64,000 bases of DNA from Vitreimonas sp. (GTDB lineage Bacteria > Patescibacteriota > Microgenomatia > UBA1400 > PJMF01). Below are positions 39,100 through 48,533 of the stretch, piece after piece; positions within the stretch are counted from its first letter, which is position 1, and every line of letters begins with the position of its first letter. The notes below the pieces were generated by a model. The model did not search any database. It was not told where the DNA came from and saw only the letters and a program-made list of their open reading frames with translations. The position numbers were made by a program, and so were the translations under genes. The stretch is from NCBI GenBank assembly GCA_035627515.1, contig DASPLQ010000012.1, forward strand, positions 567,558-631,557. The letters are read 5' to 3'.

Positions 39100-40527
39100 A
39101 TGGCCAGGTTTGCGCAAAAACATACCGATAAGTTTGATCCTCAAGCAATTGATGCGTATGAGCATGGGTACTCGTTTTCAACGAGTGGGTATTCGTATAT
39201 CACGCAGCCAGGTTTGAATGAGGGCGTTGTTAAAGAGATTTCTCACCTCAAAGGTGAGCCGGAGTGGATGCTCAACTTTCGATTGAAGGCCTACGAGCAG
39301 TTCCAAGCCAAGCAGATGCCTCCCTGGGGAGCTGATTTATCTGGCATTAACTTTGAGGCGATTCGTTATTACTTGCGACCGACAGATCAAGCGGTGAAAT
39401 CGTGGAATGACGTTCCGGCCGATGTCAAAAAAACCTTTGATCGTTTAGGCATTCCCGAAGCCGAGCGCAACGTTTTAGCTGGTGTCAAAGCTCAGTATGA
39501 CTCCGAAGTGGTGTATGGTTCTTTGAAACAGGTTTGGGCGAAAGATGGCGTGGTTTTCTTGTCGATGGATGAGGGTTTGAAGGAGTATCCCGATTTAGTT
39601 AAAGAATATTTTGGCAAAGTCATTCCCAGTGGCGACAACAAATTTGCCGCTTTAAATAGTGCGGTTTGGTCAGGTGGCTCGTTTGTGTACGTGCCCAAAG
39701 GTGTGCACGTTAAGATGCCACTGCAAACGTACTTCCGGATTAATGCCGAAAATGCTGGCCAATTTGAACGGACGTTAATCATTGTTGATGAAGGTGCCTC
39801 GGTTCATTATGTTGAGGGCTGCACCGCGCCGAACTTCTCATCCAACTCTTTGCACTCTGCCGTTGTCGAAATCTTTGTCAAAAAAGGTGCTCGCTGCCAA
39901 TACACTACCATCCAAAATTGGTACAAAAATATTTACAACTTAGTCACTAAACGCGCCTACGTAGAAGAAGAAGGTGAGATGGTGTGGACAGACTTCAACA
40001 TGGGTTCCAAAGTGACGATGAAGTATCCAGGGTTTATCCTGGCTGGCAAAGGTGCCCGTGGTGAGACGTTATCTATGGCGCTGGCTGGTAAAGGCCAACA
40101 CCAAGACACTGGTTCCAAAGCTATTCACTTAGCACCGTATACCAGTTCTACTATTATTTCTAAATCGATTAGTAAAAGCGGCGGCCGCACCAGTTATCGT
40201 GGGTTAGTTAACGTCGGTCCCAAAGCGTATGGTAGCAAAAATACCGTCATTTGTGACGCGTTGTTGCTTGATCCTTACTCACAATCGGACACCTATCCTG
40301 TCGATAAAGTTTTTAACTCTAATGTCCAAGTCCAGCACGAAGCCACAGTTTCCAAAATTGGTGATGACCAACTCTTTTACTTAATGAGTCGTGGTGTCAC
40401 CGAAGAAGATGCGCGCAAGTTGATTGTGAATGGTTTTATTGAAGGTTTGGTACGCCAATTGCCTCTCGAATACGCCGTAGAAATGAACCGCCTGATTGAT
40501 TACGAAATGGAAGGTAGTATTGGGTAA
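39100..40527 (+). CDS. sufB: Fe-S cluster assembly protein SufB
   Basis: Conserved SufB core and C-terminal FYLMSRGV...LIVNGF motif. Confidence 0.9.
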   Translation: MARFAQKHTDKFDPQAIDAYEHGYSFSTSGYSYITQPGLNEGVVKEISHLKGEPEWMLNFRLKAYEQFQAKQMPPWGADLSGINFEAIRYYLRPTDQAVKSWNDVPADVKKTFDRLGIPEAERNVLAGVKAQYDSEVVYGSLKQVWAKDGVVFLSMDEGLKEYPDLVKEYFGKVIPSGDNKFAALNSAVWSGGSFVYVPKGVHVKMPLQTYFRINAENAGQFERTLIIVDEGASVHYVEGCTAPNFSSNSLHSAVVEIFVKKGARCQYTTIQNWYKNIYNLVTKRAYVEEEGEMVWTDFNMGSKVTMKYPGFILAGKGARGETLSMALAGKGQHQDTGSKAIHLAPYTSSTIISKSISKSGGRTSYRGLVNVGPKAYGSKNTVICDALLLDPYSQSDTYPVDKVFNSNVQVQHEATVSKIGDDQLFYLMSRGVTEEDARKLIVNGFIEGLVRQLPLEYAVEMNRLIDYEMEGSIG

Positions 40528-40530
40528 CGT

Positions 40531-40956
40531 ATGCCAGAGACTTACCATCGTAAAATCGTCGTTGACGACAACATCGCGACTTTGTTGTACCAGCCGCTGA
40601 GTGACCGTCAAGGACAATTACACCGTTTGCTAGGCTCTTTAACGGCGATTAGTCAAGGTCGGCCGCCATTAGACGCTGTGACCTATACGGACTATCCCCA
40701 GCCTGCTGAGCCCGACCAGGAAATCTTATTTTTTGATTTTCCCTTATGGTGGGAAATTAGGTTATTACAAGCGTTATGTGTTTATTCTGCGGTTGATACC
40801 AAGGAAATGATGGAACGTGACAGTATTTTATCCGATGAACTGCTGGTGGAAAGCTCCGTGCTCAAAACACGTCAAAAGTGTTTTTTTGAAGCCGTTGAAG
40901 GAGTCGAAGATATTATTAATCAACTCAGAAATCCACCATTAATTCAACTACCATGA
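40531..40956 (+). CDS. hypothetical protein, possibly the N-terminal domain of SufD
   Basis: Sits where the SufD N-domain is expected; stop overlaps the next ATG (ATGA) in a different frame. Confidence 0.3.
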   Translation: MPETYHRKIVVDDNIATLLYQPLSDRQGQLHRLLGSLTAISQGRPPLDAVTYTDYPQPAEPDQEILFFDFPLWWEIRLLQALCVYSAVDTKEMMERDSILSDELLVESSVLKTRQKCFFEAVEGVEDIINQLRNPPLIQLP

Positions 40957-41441
40957 CCGAAAAAAATATCACAATCACCAAAAATGATGAAAAGTTGCAA
41001 CTGAGTGAGTCAGGGGTTTATATCGTTAACTTAGTTAAACCCGGTGCCCAAGTTGAGATTGCGGGCGCGTTTGCTGTGGCTGGGAGTGAGAAGATCGAGG
41101 TAACCGTGATCATTCACCACAAAGCTCCTCACACTCGAGCCAATACAACCTTACGAGGTGTAGCTAATGACCAAGCACACGTTCGTTTTGTAGGTAGAAT
41201 TAAAATTGATGAGAACTGTGGTGATACCAACTCATTTTTGACTGAACGTATTTTATTATTATCAGACGATGCTAAAGCCGAAGCTGTCCCAGATCTCGAA
41301 ATCAAAAGTGATGACGTCAAGTGCTCTCATGCTGCCAGCATCAGCCGCATTCCTGAAGAACACATTTTTTATTTAATGAGCCGGGGAGTGACACGCCAAG
41401 CTGCTGAGTCACTGATTGTTGAGGGCTTTTTGAAGGTTTGA
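40953..41441 (+). CDS. sufD: SufD-like Fe-S assembly protein (beta-helix core plus C-terminal helices)
   Basis: PDLEIKSDDVKCSHAASISRI and EHIFYLMSRGV...LIVEGF match the SufB/SufD family C-terminal region. Confidence 0.6.
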   Translation: MTEKNITITKNDEKLQLSESGVYIVNLVKPGAQVEIAGAFAVAGSEKIEVTVIIHHKAPHTRANTTLRGVANDQAHVRFVGRIKIDENCGDTNSFLTERILLLSDDAKAEAVPDLEIKSDDVKCSHAASISRIPEEHIFYLMSRGVTRQAAESLIVEGFLKV

Positions 41442-41503
41442 CGGATTGATGCGTAATAGTGAATTCTTGCCAGTAATCTATTAATCCTTTATAGTAGGTC
41501 ACT

Positions 41504-41704
41504 ATGACAGACATTAAAAAGTTTGTTACAAATCCTCAGCCTAGATTTTTGCCTGCCAGTAAAAATACTTCACCAAAGAAAAAACTTTCTGAAGAAGAAA
41601 AAGAAAGAGTTATTTCTGAAGTAGTAGAAATTATTCGAGAAGGTCAGCGATTACGTGAGGAAGAAGGAAACGTAACTGGAACTCCTCATGCAGCTTTTCT
41701 ATGA
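41504..41704 (+). CDS. small charged protein, candidate antitoxin/partner of the downstream PIN gene
   Basis: 66 aa; overlaps the PIN ORF start by 17 nt; lies within the 33% GC island. Confidence 0.3.
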   Translation: MTDIKKFVTNPQPRFLPASKNTSPKKKLSEEEKERVISEVVEIIREGQRLREEEGNVTGTPHAAFL

Positions 41705-42281
41705 CCAAAGAATAACTTCTCTGGTCCAAGACAAATATATTTTCCTTGATAATGACTTTTTAAGTTTACTTTTTACCAATGAAGAGGCCTTTAGAGAAGC
41801 ATACAGCTGTTTAGCAGGGTCATATTTTCTGTTAGATTCTTTAACTATATTTGAGTTTTTAAGAAATATTTTTGTGCCTAAGGAAAGAAAAATTCGTGAA
41901 AAATTTCTTGCATCTAGCCTTGGAAATACTAGTGTTTTCTTTTTAGCTACAGACCACAACGATATCTATATTAAGACTAGAGAAAATGCTTTAATTTTAT
42001 CTAAGATATATGCCCACCAAGGTATTAATGGTAATAAAAAAAGTGGTGGACCTGGACCAATTGATTTGTTCTTGGCGGCCAAGCTGATGATTTATTCTAA
42101 AAGGAACCATTTACTGATTACGGGCAATAAAAAAGATTTCCCTACGGTTATTTTTGACACCTTATCAATCTTAAATATTGAAGATAAAAACAGTGGTACG
42201 ATGAGATGTTATAGTTTAGTCAGCTTTAACCAAGAAAAATTCGATGATTGCTTTGAGAAGTTGAACGACTTAAAAGTATAA
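41688..42281 (+). CDS. PIN-domain protein (VapC-like nuclease fold)
   Basis: N-terminal YIFLDNDFL acidic motif and C-terminal LLITGNKKDF (TxNxxDF) motif typical of PIN; low-GC island. Confidence 0.5.
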   Translation: MQLFYDQRITSLVQDKYIFLDNDFLSLLFTNEEAFREAYSCLAGSYFLLDSLTIFEFLRNIFVPKERKIREKFLASSLGNTSVFFLATDHNDIYIKTRENALILSKIYAHQGINGNKKSGGPGPIDLFLAAKLMIYSKRNHLLITGNKKDFPTVIFDTLSILNIEDKNSGTMRCYSLVSFNQEKFDDCFEKLNDLKV

Positions 42282-42884
42282 CTAAATAAGTTTCCGACAA
42301 AAAAGTTTACGATGTTGTTCACAGATCCCAGCTGTTTTAATTCCTAGTCGATGTCTAGTAGTCCCATACCCGACATTGTTCTTCCAATCATATGCTGGAT
42401 ATTGGGCAGCTAACGTCACCATCAATGCATCCCGATACACTTTTGCCACGATGCTAGCAGCCGCAATACTATAGACTTTAGCATCACCTTTGACGATAAA
42501 TTCATATTCAGCTGGCCATTTAGGAAGTAACTTTTGTTTAAACGGCAAACCATCAATTGCAATTAAGTTGCATTTAGTCAGTTGATTAAGGGCTGCCTCC
42601 ATCGCATAACGTTGAGCGGCCACGATACCAAATTGATTAATCATCTCTACACTGCCCACCCCGATGCCATGACAGAGCGCAGTTTGTTGAATTTGGGCAG
42701 CTAGTTTCTCACGTACCCGAGCCGTAACTTGCTTCGAGTCATTGATGCCGCTGAGGGGCAGGTGATCAGACGCAAACACCACCGCTGCCGCCACAATAGG
42801 ACCGGCCAGCGCGCCCCGACCCACTTCATCCATACCGGCAATAAACTTTGTCCCAGCTCTCCAGTAAGGTTGCTCCCAATCCAT
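42282..42884 (-). CDS. rnhB: ribonuclease HII
   Basis: IAGMDEVGRGALAGPIV catalytic D-E segment; start placed at the MDWEQ methionine. Confidence 0.85.
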   Translation of the reverse strand: MDWEQPYWRAGTKFIAGMDEVGRGALAGPIVAAAVVFASDHLPLSGINDSKQVTARVREKLAAQIQQTALCHGIGVGSVEMINQFGIVAAQRYAMEAALNQLTKCNLIAIDGLPFKQKLLPKWPAEYEFIVKGDAKVYSIAAASIVAKVYRDALMVTLAAQYPAYDWKNNVGYGTTRHRLGIKTAGICEQHRKLFCRKLI

Positions 42885-42922
42885 CGATAATGAAATGCCC
42901 TTCATCCTGATACAATACCACT

Positions 42923-44185
42923 ATGATTGACGCTAACACAATCAAAACTGACTTTCCCATTTTAAGCCGCAAGGTGAACGATAAACCTTTGGTGTATTTA
43001 GACAATGCCGCCACCTCGCAGAAACCGAGGGCAGTCATCCAAGCAATTGTGGATTACTACGAACACCATAATGCAAATGTACATCGAGGGGTTCATCAGC
43101 TCGGTGATGAAAGTACGCGCGCCTTTCACGACTCACGCCAAGAAATTGCCCAGTTCATGGGAGCGGAGGCGGAGGAATTGGTGGTGGTTCGTAATACGAC
43201 TGAAGCCTTAAATCAAATCTGTTATACCTGGGGTGAGTACCATGTGGGAGCCGATGACGTCTTGATTGTCACGGAAATGGAGCATCATAGTAATATCGTG
43301 CCGTGGCAGGAACTAGCCAAGCGAAAAAACGCCCTCGTTAAATTTGTGACAGTCGATGATCAAGGGCGGGTGGAGCTTGATAGCCTCCAGGCCTTACTCT
43401 CTGAATATAAAACGCGAATTAAAGTAGTAGCTTTCATACATGTTTCCAATACCTTAGGCACGCTCAATCCTCTCGAAAAAATTGTAGCCACGATTGATGA
43501 TCATTTCGGTCAAGCACAGCGGCCATTACTAGTGGTCGATGGTGCTCAAGCTGCTGCTCATCTGCCCGTTAACTTTGCGAAATTAAAAGTTGATTGTTAT
43601 GTGGTTTCTGCCCACAAAATGCTTGGTCCCATGGGCATTGGTGGGTTATTAATTCGCAAATCATTACTCAAGACATGGCCACCATTTTTATTTGGGGGCG
43701 GGATGATTAATGAAGTCAGCACGCAAGGCACCACCTTTGCTGAGGATTTAGAAGAACGTTTTACCGCGGGCACACCCGATGTTGCCAGTTTAGCGGGCTG
43801 GGCAGCAGCCTGTGAGTATTTAGCTGGCGTAGGAATGCGGGAATCTCAAACTCACGATCGGCAGCTCGTGGAGTATACATTGCAACAACTGCAGACTTTT
43901 TCTCAGGTGAAAATCATTGGTCCTACTGATTTTAATGACCATGAATTTGATCGAGTTGGTTCAGTGGCGTTTGTATACGAAGGTGTCCACGCCCATGATG
44001 TGGGACAAGTGCTGGACTCCGAAGGAGTGGCTGTCCGCAGTGGCCATCACTGCACCATGCCCTTACACGTCAAATTTGGTTGGCCTGCCTCTACGCGCGT
44101 GAGTTTCCAAATTTACAACTCGATTGACGACGTCGACAGTTTTATCACTGCCCTCCAAAAAGTAAAAACTATTTTTGGAAAGTAG
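42923..44185 (+). CDS. sufS: cysteine desulfurase SufS
   Basis: Class V aminotransferase; PLP lysine in SAHKMLGP; RSGHHC active-site Cys loop. Confidence 0.9.
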   Translation: MIDANTIKTDFPILSRKVNDKPLVYLDNAATSQKPRAVIQAIVDYYEHHNANVHRGVHQLGDESTRAFHDSRQEIAQFMGAEAEELVVVRNTTEALNQICYTWGEYHVGADDVLIVTEMEHHSNIVPWQELAKRKNALVKFVTVDDQGRVELDSLQALLSEYKTRIKVVAFIHVSNTLGTLNPLEKIVATIDDHFGQAQRPLLVVDGAQAAAHLPVNFAKLKVDCYVVSAHKMLGPMGIGGLLIRKSLLKTWPPFLFGGGMINEVSTQGTTFAEDLEERFTAGTPDVASLAGWAAACEYLAGVGMRESQTHDRQLVEYTLQQLQTFSQVKIIGPTDFNDHEFDRVGSVAFVYEGVHAHDVGQVLDSEGVAVRSGHHCTMPLHVKFGWPASTRVSFQIYNSIDDVDSFITALQKVKTIFGK

Positions 44186-44199
44186 GAGTAGCCATCACT

Positions 44200-44574
44200 A
44201 TGTCAGACCTTTATCAAGAAATTATCCTTGAGGAAGCTCGACAACCCCAAAACGTGGGACAGCTGGAAGACGCTGACTATGTGATTCATGACCTCAATGC
44301 GAGCTGTGGTGATGAAGTCACGATTTATTTAAAACTTGATTCTAAAACTAAAAAAATTGCGGCTGTGAAGTGGCAAGGCCAGGGGTGTGTTATCAGTCAA
44401 GCTGCAATGAGTTTGTTATCCGCTCACCTGATGGCTCACCACATAACTCTTGATCAAATTCAGTTATTGTCTCATCGGGATTTATCCGAATGGCTGGGAA
44501 TTAATGACATTAGCCCAGGTCGGCTGAAGTGTTTATTACTTGGCTTGAATGCACTCAAGAGAAAGTTACCATGA
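44200..44574 (+). CDS. sufU: SufU/IscU-like sulfur-transfer scaffold protein
   Basis: NifU N-terminal-like domain with Cys in NASCGD, GQGCVIS and RLKC. Confidence 0.75.
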   Translation: MSDLYQEIILEEARQPQNVGQLEDADYVIHDLNASCGDEVTIYLKLDSKTKKIAAVKWQGQGCVISQAAMSLLSAHLMAHHITLDQIQLLSHRDLSEWLGINDISPGRLKCLLLGLNALKRKLP

Positions 44575-45131
44575 CAATTTTTGTGGGTTCCACCAATCCA
44601 GTTAAAATTAATGCTGTACGAGTAGCTGCCAGTGAAACTTGGCCAGAGGTTACCGTCGTTGGTTACGACACTGACAGTGGCGTGGCTGCTCAACCGCTGA
44701 CGGATGCAGCCACTCGGCTTGGTGCCGAAAATAGAGCGCAAGCAGCGCTTACAGCCGGACTAGCAGCCCATCCTGAACAAGCGAATGAAGTGTACCTCGG
44801 TGTTGGTTTGGAAGGTGGCGTATTTGATCACGCCAATGGTGAGCTGTGGTCCACAGTTTGGGTAGCAGTCTGTGATCGCCACGACCACCGCTTTGTCGCT
44901 AATGGAGCTCGAATCAAAGTGCCCGATAAAATTGCTGCCCTGATGCGGGCTGGTGGCGAGATGGGCCCGGTGGTCCAACAACTCACCGGTCAGCACGACG
45001 TGCGCCAAAAGCAAGGTATGCTAGGTGTCATCACCAATAATTTTGTGGACCGGACTAGTGAGTATGGCGCCATTGCTAAGCTGGCACTGGGGCTATGGTA
45101 TGGCAGAGAATGGGATAAAGACCTGATCTAA
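44571..45131 (+). CDS. non-canonical purine NTP phosphatase (YjjX family inosine/xanthosine triphosphatase)
   Basis: VGSTNPVKINAV N-terminus plus ...TRLGAENR... and GVITNNF segments align with E. coli YjjX as recalled from memory. Confidence 0.65.
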   Translation: MTIFVGSTNPVKINAVRVAASETWPEVTVVGYDTDSGVAAQPLTDAATRLGAENRAQAALTAGLAAHPEQANEVYLGVGLEGGVFDHANGELWSTVWVAVCDRHDHRFVANGARIKVPDKIAALMRAGGEMGPVVQQLTGQHDVRQKQGMLGVITNNFVDRTSEYGAIAKLALGLWYGREWDKDLI

Positions 45132-45169
45132 GCCTTCCTTTTTTTTGTAAAGTTAGGTAAGCTATCCCC

Positions 45170-45880
45170 ATGCAACCGCCTCAACTTGGAACCGTCAAAT
45201 TGATTGATAAACTGGTTCACAACGAAAAATTTACTCAATATTATTTCGAATATCTGCAGCCAGCGAGCATGAATTTCAAAGCTGGGCAGTACATGTCTAT
45301 TCAAGTCACTGACCGGGGTGATCGCCGGTCATACTCAATTTGTAGTTCGCCAGCTAAAACGCACGGTTTTGAGCTATTGGTTGATTCCACGCCTCACGGG
45401 TTGGGGGTGACATATTTAGAGAATTTGCCTTTGGGTGGTGAAATGAAATCATTAGGGCCACTAGGGGTGTTTACGATGTCAGAAGTGGGTGACGAAGAAG
45501 CAGTGGTATATGTGGCGGCAGGGTCGGGGATCACACCTTTCCGAAGTATGATTTTTGATCAGCTCCAAAATAAACAAGACCAACGTCCCATGTATCTCTA
45601 CTGGGGTTTGCGGTATGCCGAAACAATGTTTTGGCAAGATGAGTTCCAAGAATTGGCTCAAAATTTTCCTAATTTCCATTTCCACCCGGTGATTTCTCGT
45701 GCTTTGCCTGAGTGGCCGCTGTGCCGGGGTCGGGTAACAGATTGTTTAAATGTCCATGCCTTACCCGAGAAAGCAGGGTTTTACTTGTGTGGAAATGCTG
45801 CTATGATTCACGATACTAGTGCCCTCCTGCAGCAAAAAGGTGTGACACCTGAACACATTCATCACGAAAAGTTTTTCTAA
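45170..45880 (+). CDS. FNR-like FAD/NAD(P)-binding oxidoreductase
   Basis: RxYS FAD motif (RSYSICS) and NAD(P) motif AAGSGITP. Confidence 0.65.
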   Translation: MQPPQLGTVKLIDKLVHNEKFTQYYFEYLQPASMNFKAGQYMSIQVTDRGDRRSYSICSSPAKTHGFELLVDSTPHGLGVTYLENLPLGGEMKSLGPLGVFTMSEVGDEEAVVYVAAGSGITPFRSMIFDQLQNKQDQRPMYLYWGLRYAETMFWQDEFQELAQNFPNFHFHPVISRALPEWPLCRGRVTDCLNVHALPEKAGFYLCGNAAMIHDTSALLQQKGVTPEHIHHEKFF

Positions 45881-45888
45881 TTATTACC

Positions 45889-46218
45889 ATGTTCAATAAC
45901 CCAATTTCTAATAACAACCAATCCTCAACACCCACTCCGGCAGCTGATAAAGCAGTCCAGCCCACAGTGATGGTGACCAAACAAATTGGTAAGTATAAAG
46001 TGGAAGTCATTAATGACAAGTGTATTAGTGCTGCCAGCTGCGTAGCCATTGCCCCTAAAGTCTTTCAATTAGATGAAAACAACATTGCTAAAGTCATTTC
46101 ACAAGATGGCGAAGAAGATGATATGAAGTTATTGGCTGCTCAAAGCTGTCCTACTGCCGCCATTATTGTCACGGATATTACCACTGGGCAACAAGTTTGG
46201 CCCAGAGAGGATCTCTAA
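45889..46218 (+). CDS. ferredoxin (single Fe-S cluster)
   Basis: C-x5-C ... CP cysteine pattern (DKCISAASC ... SCP) after a low-complexity N-terminus. Confidence 0.5.
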   Translation: MFNNPISNNNQSSTPTPAADKAVQPTVMVTKQIGKYKVEVINDKCISAASCVAIAPKVFQLDENNIAKVISQDGEEDDMKLLAAQSCPTAAIIVTDITTGQQVWPREDL

Positions 46219-46220
46219 GT

Positions 46221-46877
46221 ATGAAAAACGTCCCGCTTTTAATTGTGACTTTATTAGGTACCTTAGCGCTCATCTTTGGCGTAGCCATGATCTTTTCACA
46301 GAGTAGCACCAAAGGTGGTGTAGCAGATTTAGGCGTGGTCAAAGGGCCTGAACGACGAGTCAAAGGCAAAGCCGAAGCGCAGGTGACGATTACTGAGTTT
46401 AGTGATTTTCAATGCCCAGCTTGTAAAGCTATTTCACCTCTTATCAAGCAAGTTGCTGATCAAAATCCTGACACTGTCAAAGTTAATTATCGTCACTTCC
46501 CATTGACCATGATTCACCCCTATGCCACATTGGCAGCTCAAGCTAGCGAAGCCGCCGGTGAGCAAGGTAAGTTTTGGGAGATGCACGACTTATTATTTGC
46601 CAACCAAGAAACATGGGCAGCTTTTCAAAGTGAAGACGAAGCCCGAGCTGAGTTTGAAAAGTATGCTGAACAACTTGGTCTTGACAAAGCTACGTTTGTC
46701 GAGACAATACAATCAGACGCGATCAAACAGAACGTAGCTAATGATATTGCTGCTGGGAATCAACTCAGAGTTTCAGCAACACCAACTATATTTGTGAATG
46801 ATCAACAAGTCCCTGCCCCTCAACAACTGCAAAGCATTGTTGAGTCTGAATTACAGAAAGTAAATACGGCTCAGTAG
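46221..46877 (+). CDS. DsbA-family thiol:disulfide oxidoreductase (membrane-anchored)
   Basis: N-terminal TM anchor; thioredoxin fold with CPAC active site (FSDFQCPACKA). Confidence 0.7.
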   Translation: MKNVPLLIVTLLGTLALIFGVAMIFSQSSTKGGVADLGVVKGPERRVKGKAEAQVTITEFSDFQCPACKAISPLIKQVADQNPDTVKVNYRHFPLTMIHPYATLAAQASEAAGEQGKFWEMHDLLFANQETWAAFQSEDEARAEFEKYAEQLGLDKATFVETIQSDAIKQNVANDIAAGNQLRVSATPTIFVNDQQVPAPQQLQSIVESELQKVNTAQ

Positions 46878-46919
46878 CCTAGTACGCTATCTAGCTCAAG
46901 CCTAGTGGAGGGGCGACTC

Positions 46920-47426
46920 ATGAAGAAATATCTGCCATTTGTTTTTCCGGCAATCGCACTGTTAATTGTGCTGTTTTTGGGGTACCGCTGGTACTCGATG
47001 CGAACTGATCGAACTGGCGTAGTCAGTACTTTTGGTGAAGGTGTCGAAATTGAGGATTTGACTGGCTCTGAGCAAGACTCTGTATTGAGAGGGGCTGGTG
47101 ATTACAAAACCGTCACCATGACAGGTCAAGGTGAAGCTGCCGGTAGTATCCGTTACGAAATCAAAGATGGTAAAGTTCGCTTCAGCGTCAATGCTGATTT
47201 AGCTGAATTATCCCAAGGTCAATATCAAGTCTGGTTGAAAGCGGTCGGCAGTGATGCCAAGCGCAAAGCCTTTGTGTTAGAAAACAACAAGGCTGGATTT
47301 ATGGGCAGTGCCGCTATTGATGCCACTACTTTACCGTTTGAAGTGATTGTCAGTAAAGAGGTGCGTCCAGATGACACAATTGAAGAAGTTGTGTTGCAGG
47401 GTACGATCAATAAGGAGAGTAACTAA
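46920..47426 (+). CDS. secreted/membrane-anchored hypothetical protein
   Basis: MKKYLPFVFPAIALLIVLFLG signal/anchor; no recognisable motif. Confidence 0.4.
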   Translation: MKKYLPFVFPAIALLIVLFLGYRWYSMRTDRTGVVSTFGEGVEIEDLTGSEQDSVLRGAGDYKTVTMTGQGEAAGSIRYEIKDGKVRFSVNADLAELSQGQYQVWLKAVGSDAKRKAFVLENNKAGFMGSAAIDATTLPFEVIVSKEVRPDDTIEEVVLQGTINKESN

Positions 47427-47516
47427 ATTTTCCTTCTTGATGTCCCTATCGAGTATGATAGGCTTAAAGAAAGCTAAGCTAGTAATAAATCCCACATAGG
47501 GAAAAAGGAGTATTAT

Positions 47517-47729
47517 ATGGCAAATGGCAAAGCTTACAGCTATACCAACAAAAAGGGTCAAACCTACTACTTGCACACCCGCCAAGTTAAATTGAAAAAT
47601 GGCCGCGTGCAAACCATCTACTTCTTCGCTCGTGATATCCGCGAAGGTTCTATGGAAGCCGTTCCTGCTGGTTACACCGTCGTTGAAACTCAACGCACTG
47701 GTATGCCTGTCTTGAAAAAAGCTGCTTAA
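47517..47729 (+). CDS. small basic hypothetical protein (70 aa)
   Basis: Perfect AAAGGAG RBS 7 nt upstream; strong intrinsic terminator immediately downstream. Confidence 0.5.
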   Translation: MANGKAYSYTNKKGQTYYLHTRQVKLKNGRVQTIYFFARDIREGSMEAVPAGYTVVETQRTGMPVLKKAA

Positions 47730-47754
47730 TTAGTAGCCCGATTTTGAACTTAAG

Positions 47755-47783
47755 CCCCTTCTCGCAAGAGAGGGGGTTTTTGG
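47755..47783 (+). terminator. intrinsic terminator CCCCTTCTC-GCAA-GAGAGGGGG followed by a T-run
   Basis: 9-bp stem (one G-U pair), tetraloop and T-run read directly from the sequence. Confidence 0.65.
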
Positions 47784-48085
47784 TTATGCAGGTTTTTTTT
47801 ATTTCTCTGTAAGGTGTTTCTAGGGTGTCTGGCGAGTATTTTTTTGCTTGGAGGTGGGATAGGTGAGGTATGTCTTTGAACACTCTTAAAAGTTCGTGGC
47901 ATAGTTGTGGCATGATCGTGCACTAGTTATGCCACAGTAAAAATGAGGTTCTGTTTAGGAGTGAGTAAGAAGGTCTTTTATTGAGCGCATGTTTTTTCGT
48001 TTGTATGAATATTGGCAAAAATCATACAAACTCCAGGAAGTTCACTTTTTGAGCAACCACTGTCATACAAAAAAGATCTCTGCCG
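47784..48085. repeat. intergenic repeat family, copy 3 (module A plus a shortened module B)
   Basis: GGTTATGCAGGTTTTTTTTATTTCTCTGTAAGGTGTTTCTAGG ... GGTGAGGTATGTCTTTGAACACTCTTAAAAGTTCGTGGCATA...TATGCCAC ... TTGTATGAATATTGGCAAAAATCATACAA. Confidence 0.75.
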
Positions 48086-48127
48086 ATCAAGGTGTCTTTA
48101 CCCACCTTCATCAGGTAAAATACCTCT

Positions 48128-48502
48128 ATGGCCGACCCGCACATTCAAACCCTTAACACCACTTTGACCTCAGATCTTATTACCACCCACCTCAAAACAG
48201 TGATGGACCCGGAACTTAATGTGGATATTGTCAGTCTCGGGTTAGTTTATGATGTCAGCGTTAAAGAGGTCCAAAGCCCTGGTGGACCACACCCGCTTAT
48301 TCACATCCTTCTCACCCTTACTACCCCTGGTTGTCCACTCGCTGCTGTCTTCGAACCGATGATTAAAAGTGCGCTCAAACCCCTGGAGACTTCCCATCAC
48401 GTAGATACTGATCAGGACGTGATTATTGAACTGACCTTTGACCCACCCTGGGTTCCAGATATGATGACAGCTGAAGCTCGGGCGGAGTTAGGATTTGATT
48501 AA
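48128..48502 (+). CDS. DUF59/MIP18-family Fe-S cluster assembly protein (SufT-like)
   Basis: Conserved TTPGCPL cysteine motif and DUF59 fold. Confidence 0.65.
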   Translation: MADPHIQTLNTTLTSDLITTHLKTVMDPELNVDIVSLGLVYDVSVKEVQSPGGPHPLIHILLTLTTPGCPLAAVFEPMIKSALKPLETSHHVDTDQDVIIELTFDPPWVPDMMTAEARAELGFD

Positions 48503-48533
48503 TCGTCGTTGACCTCGTACACTGGGCCTAGTT

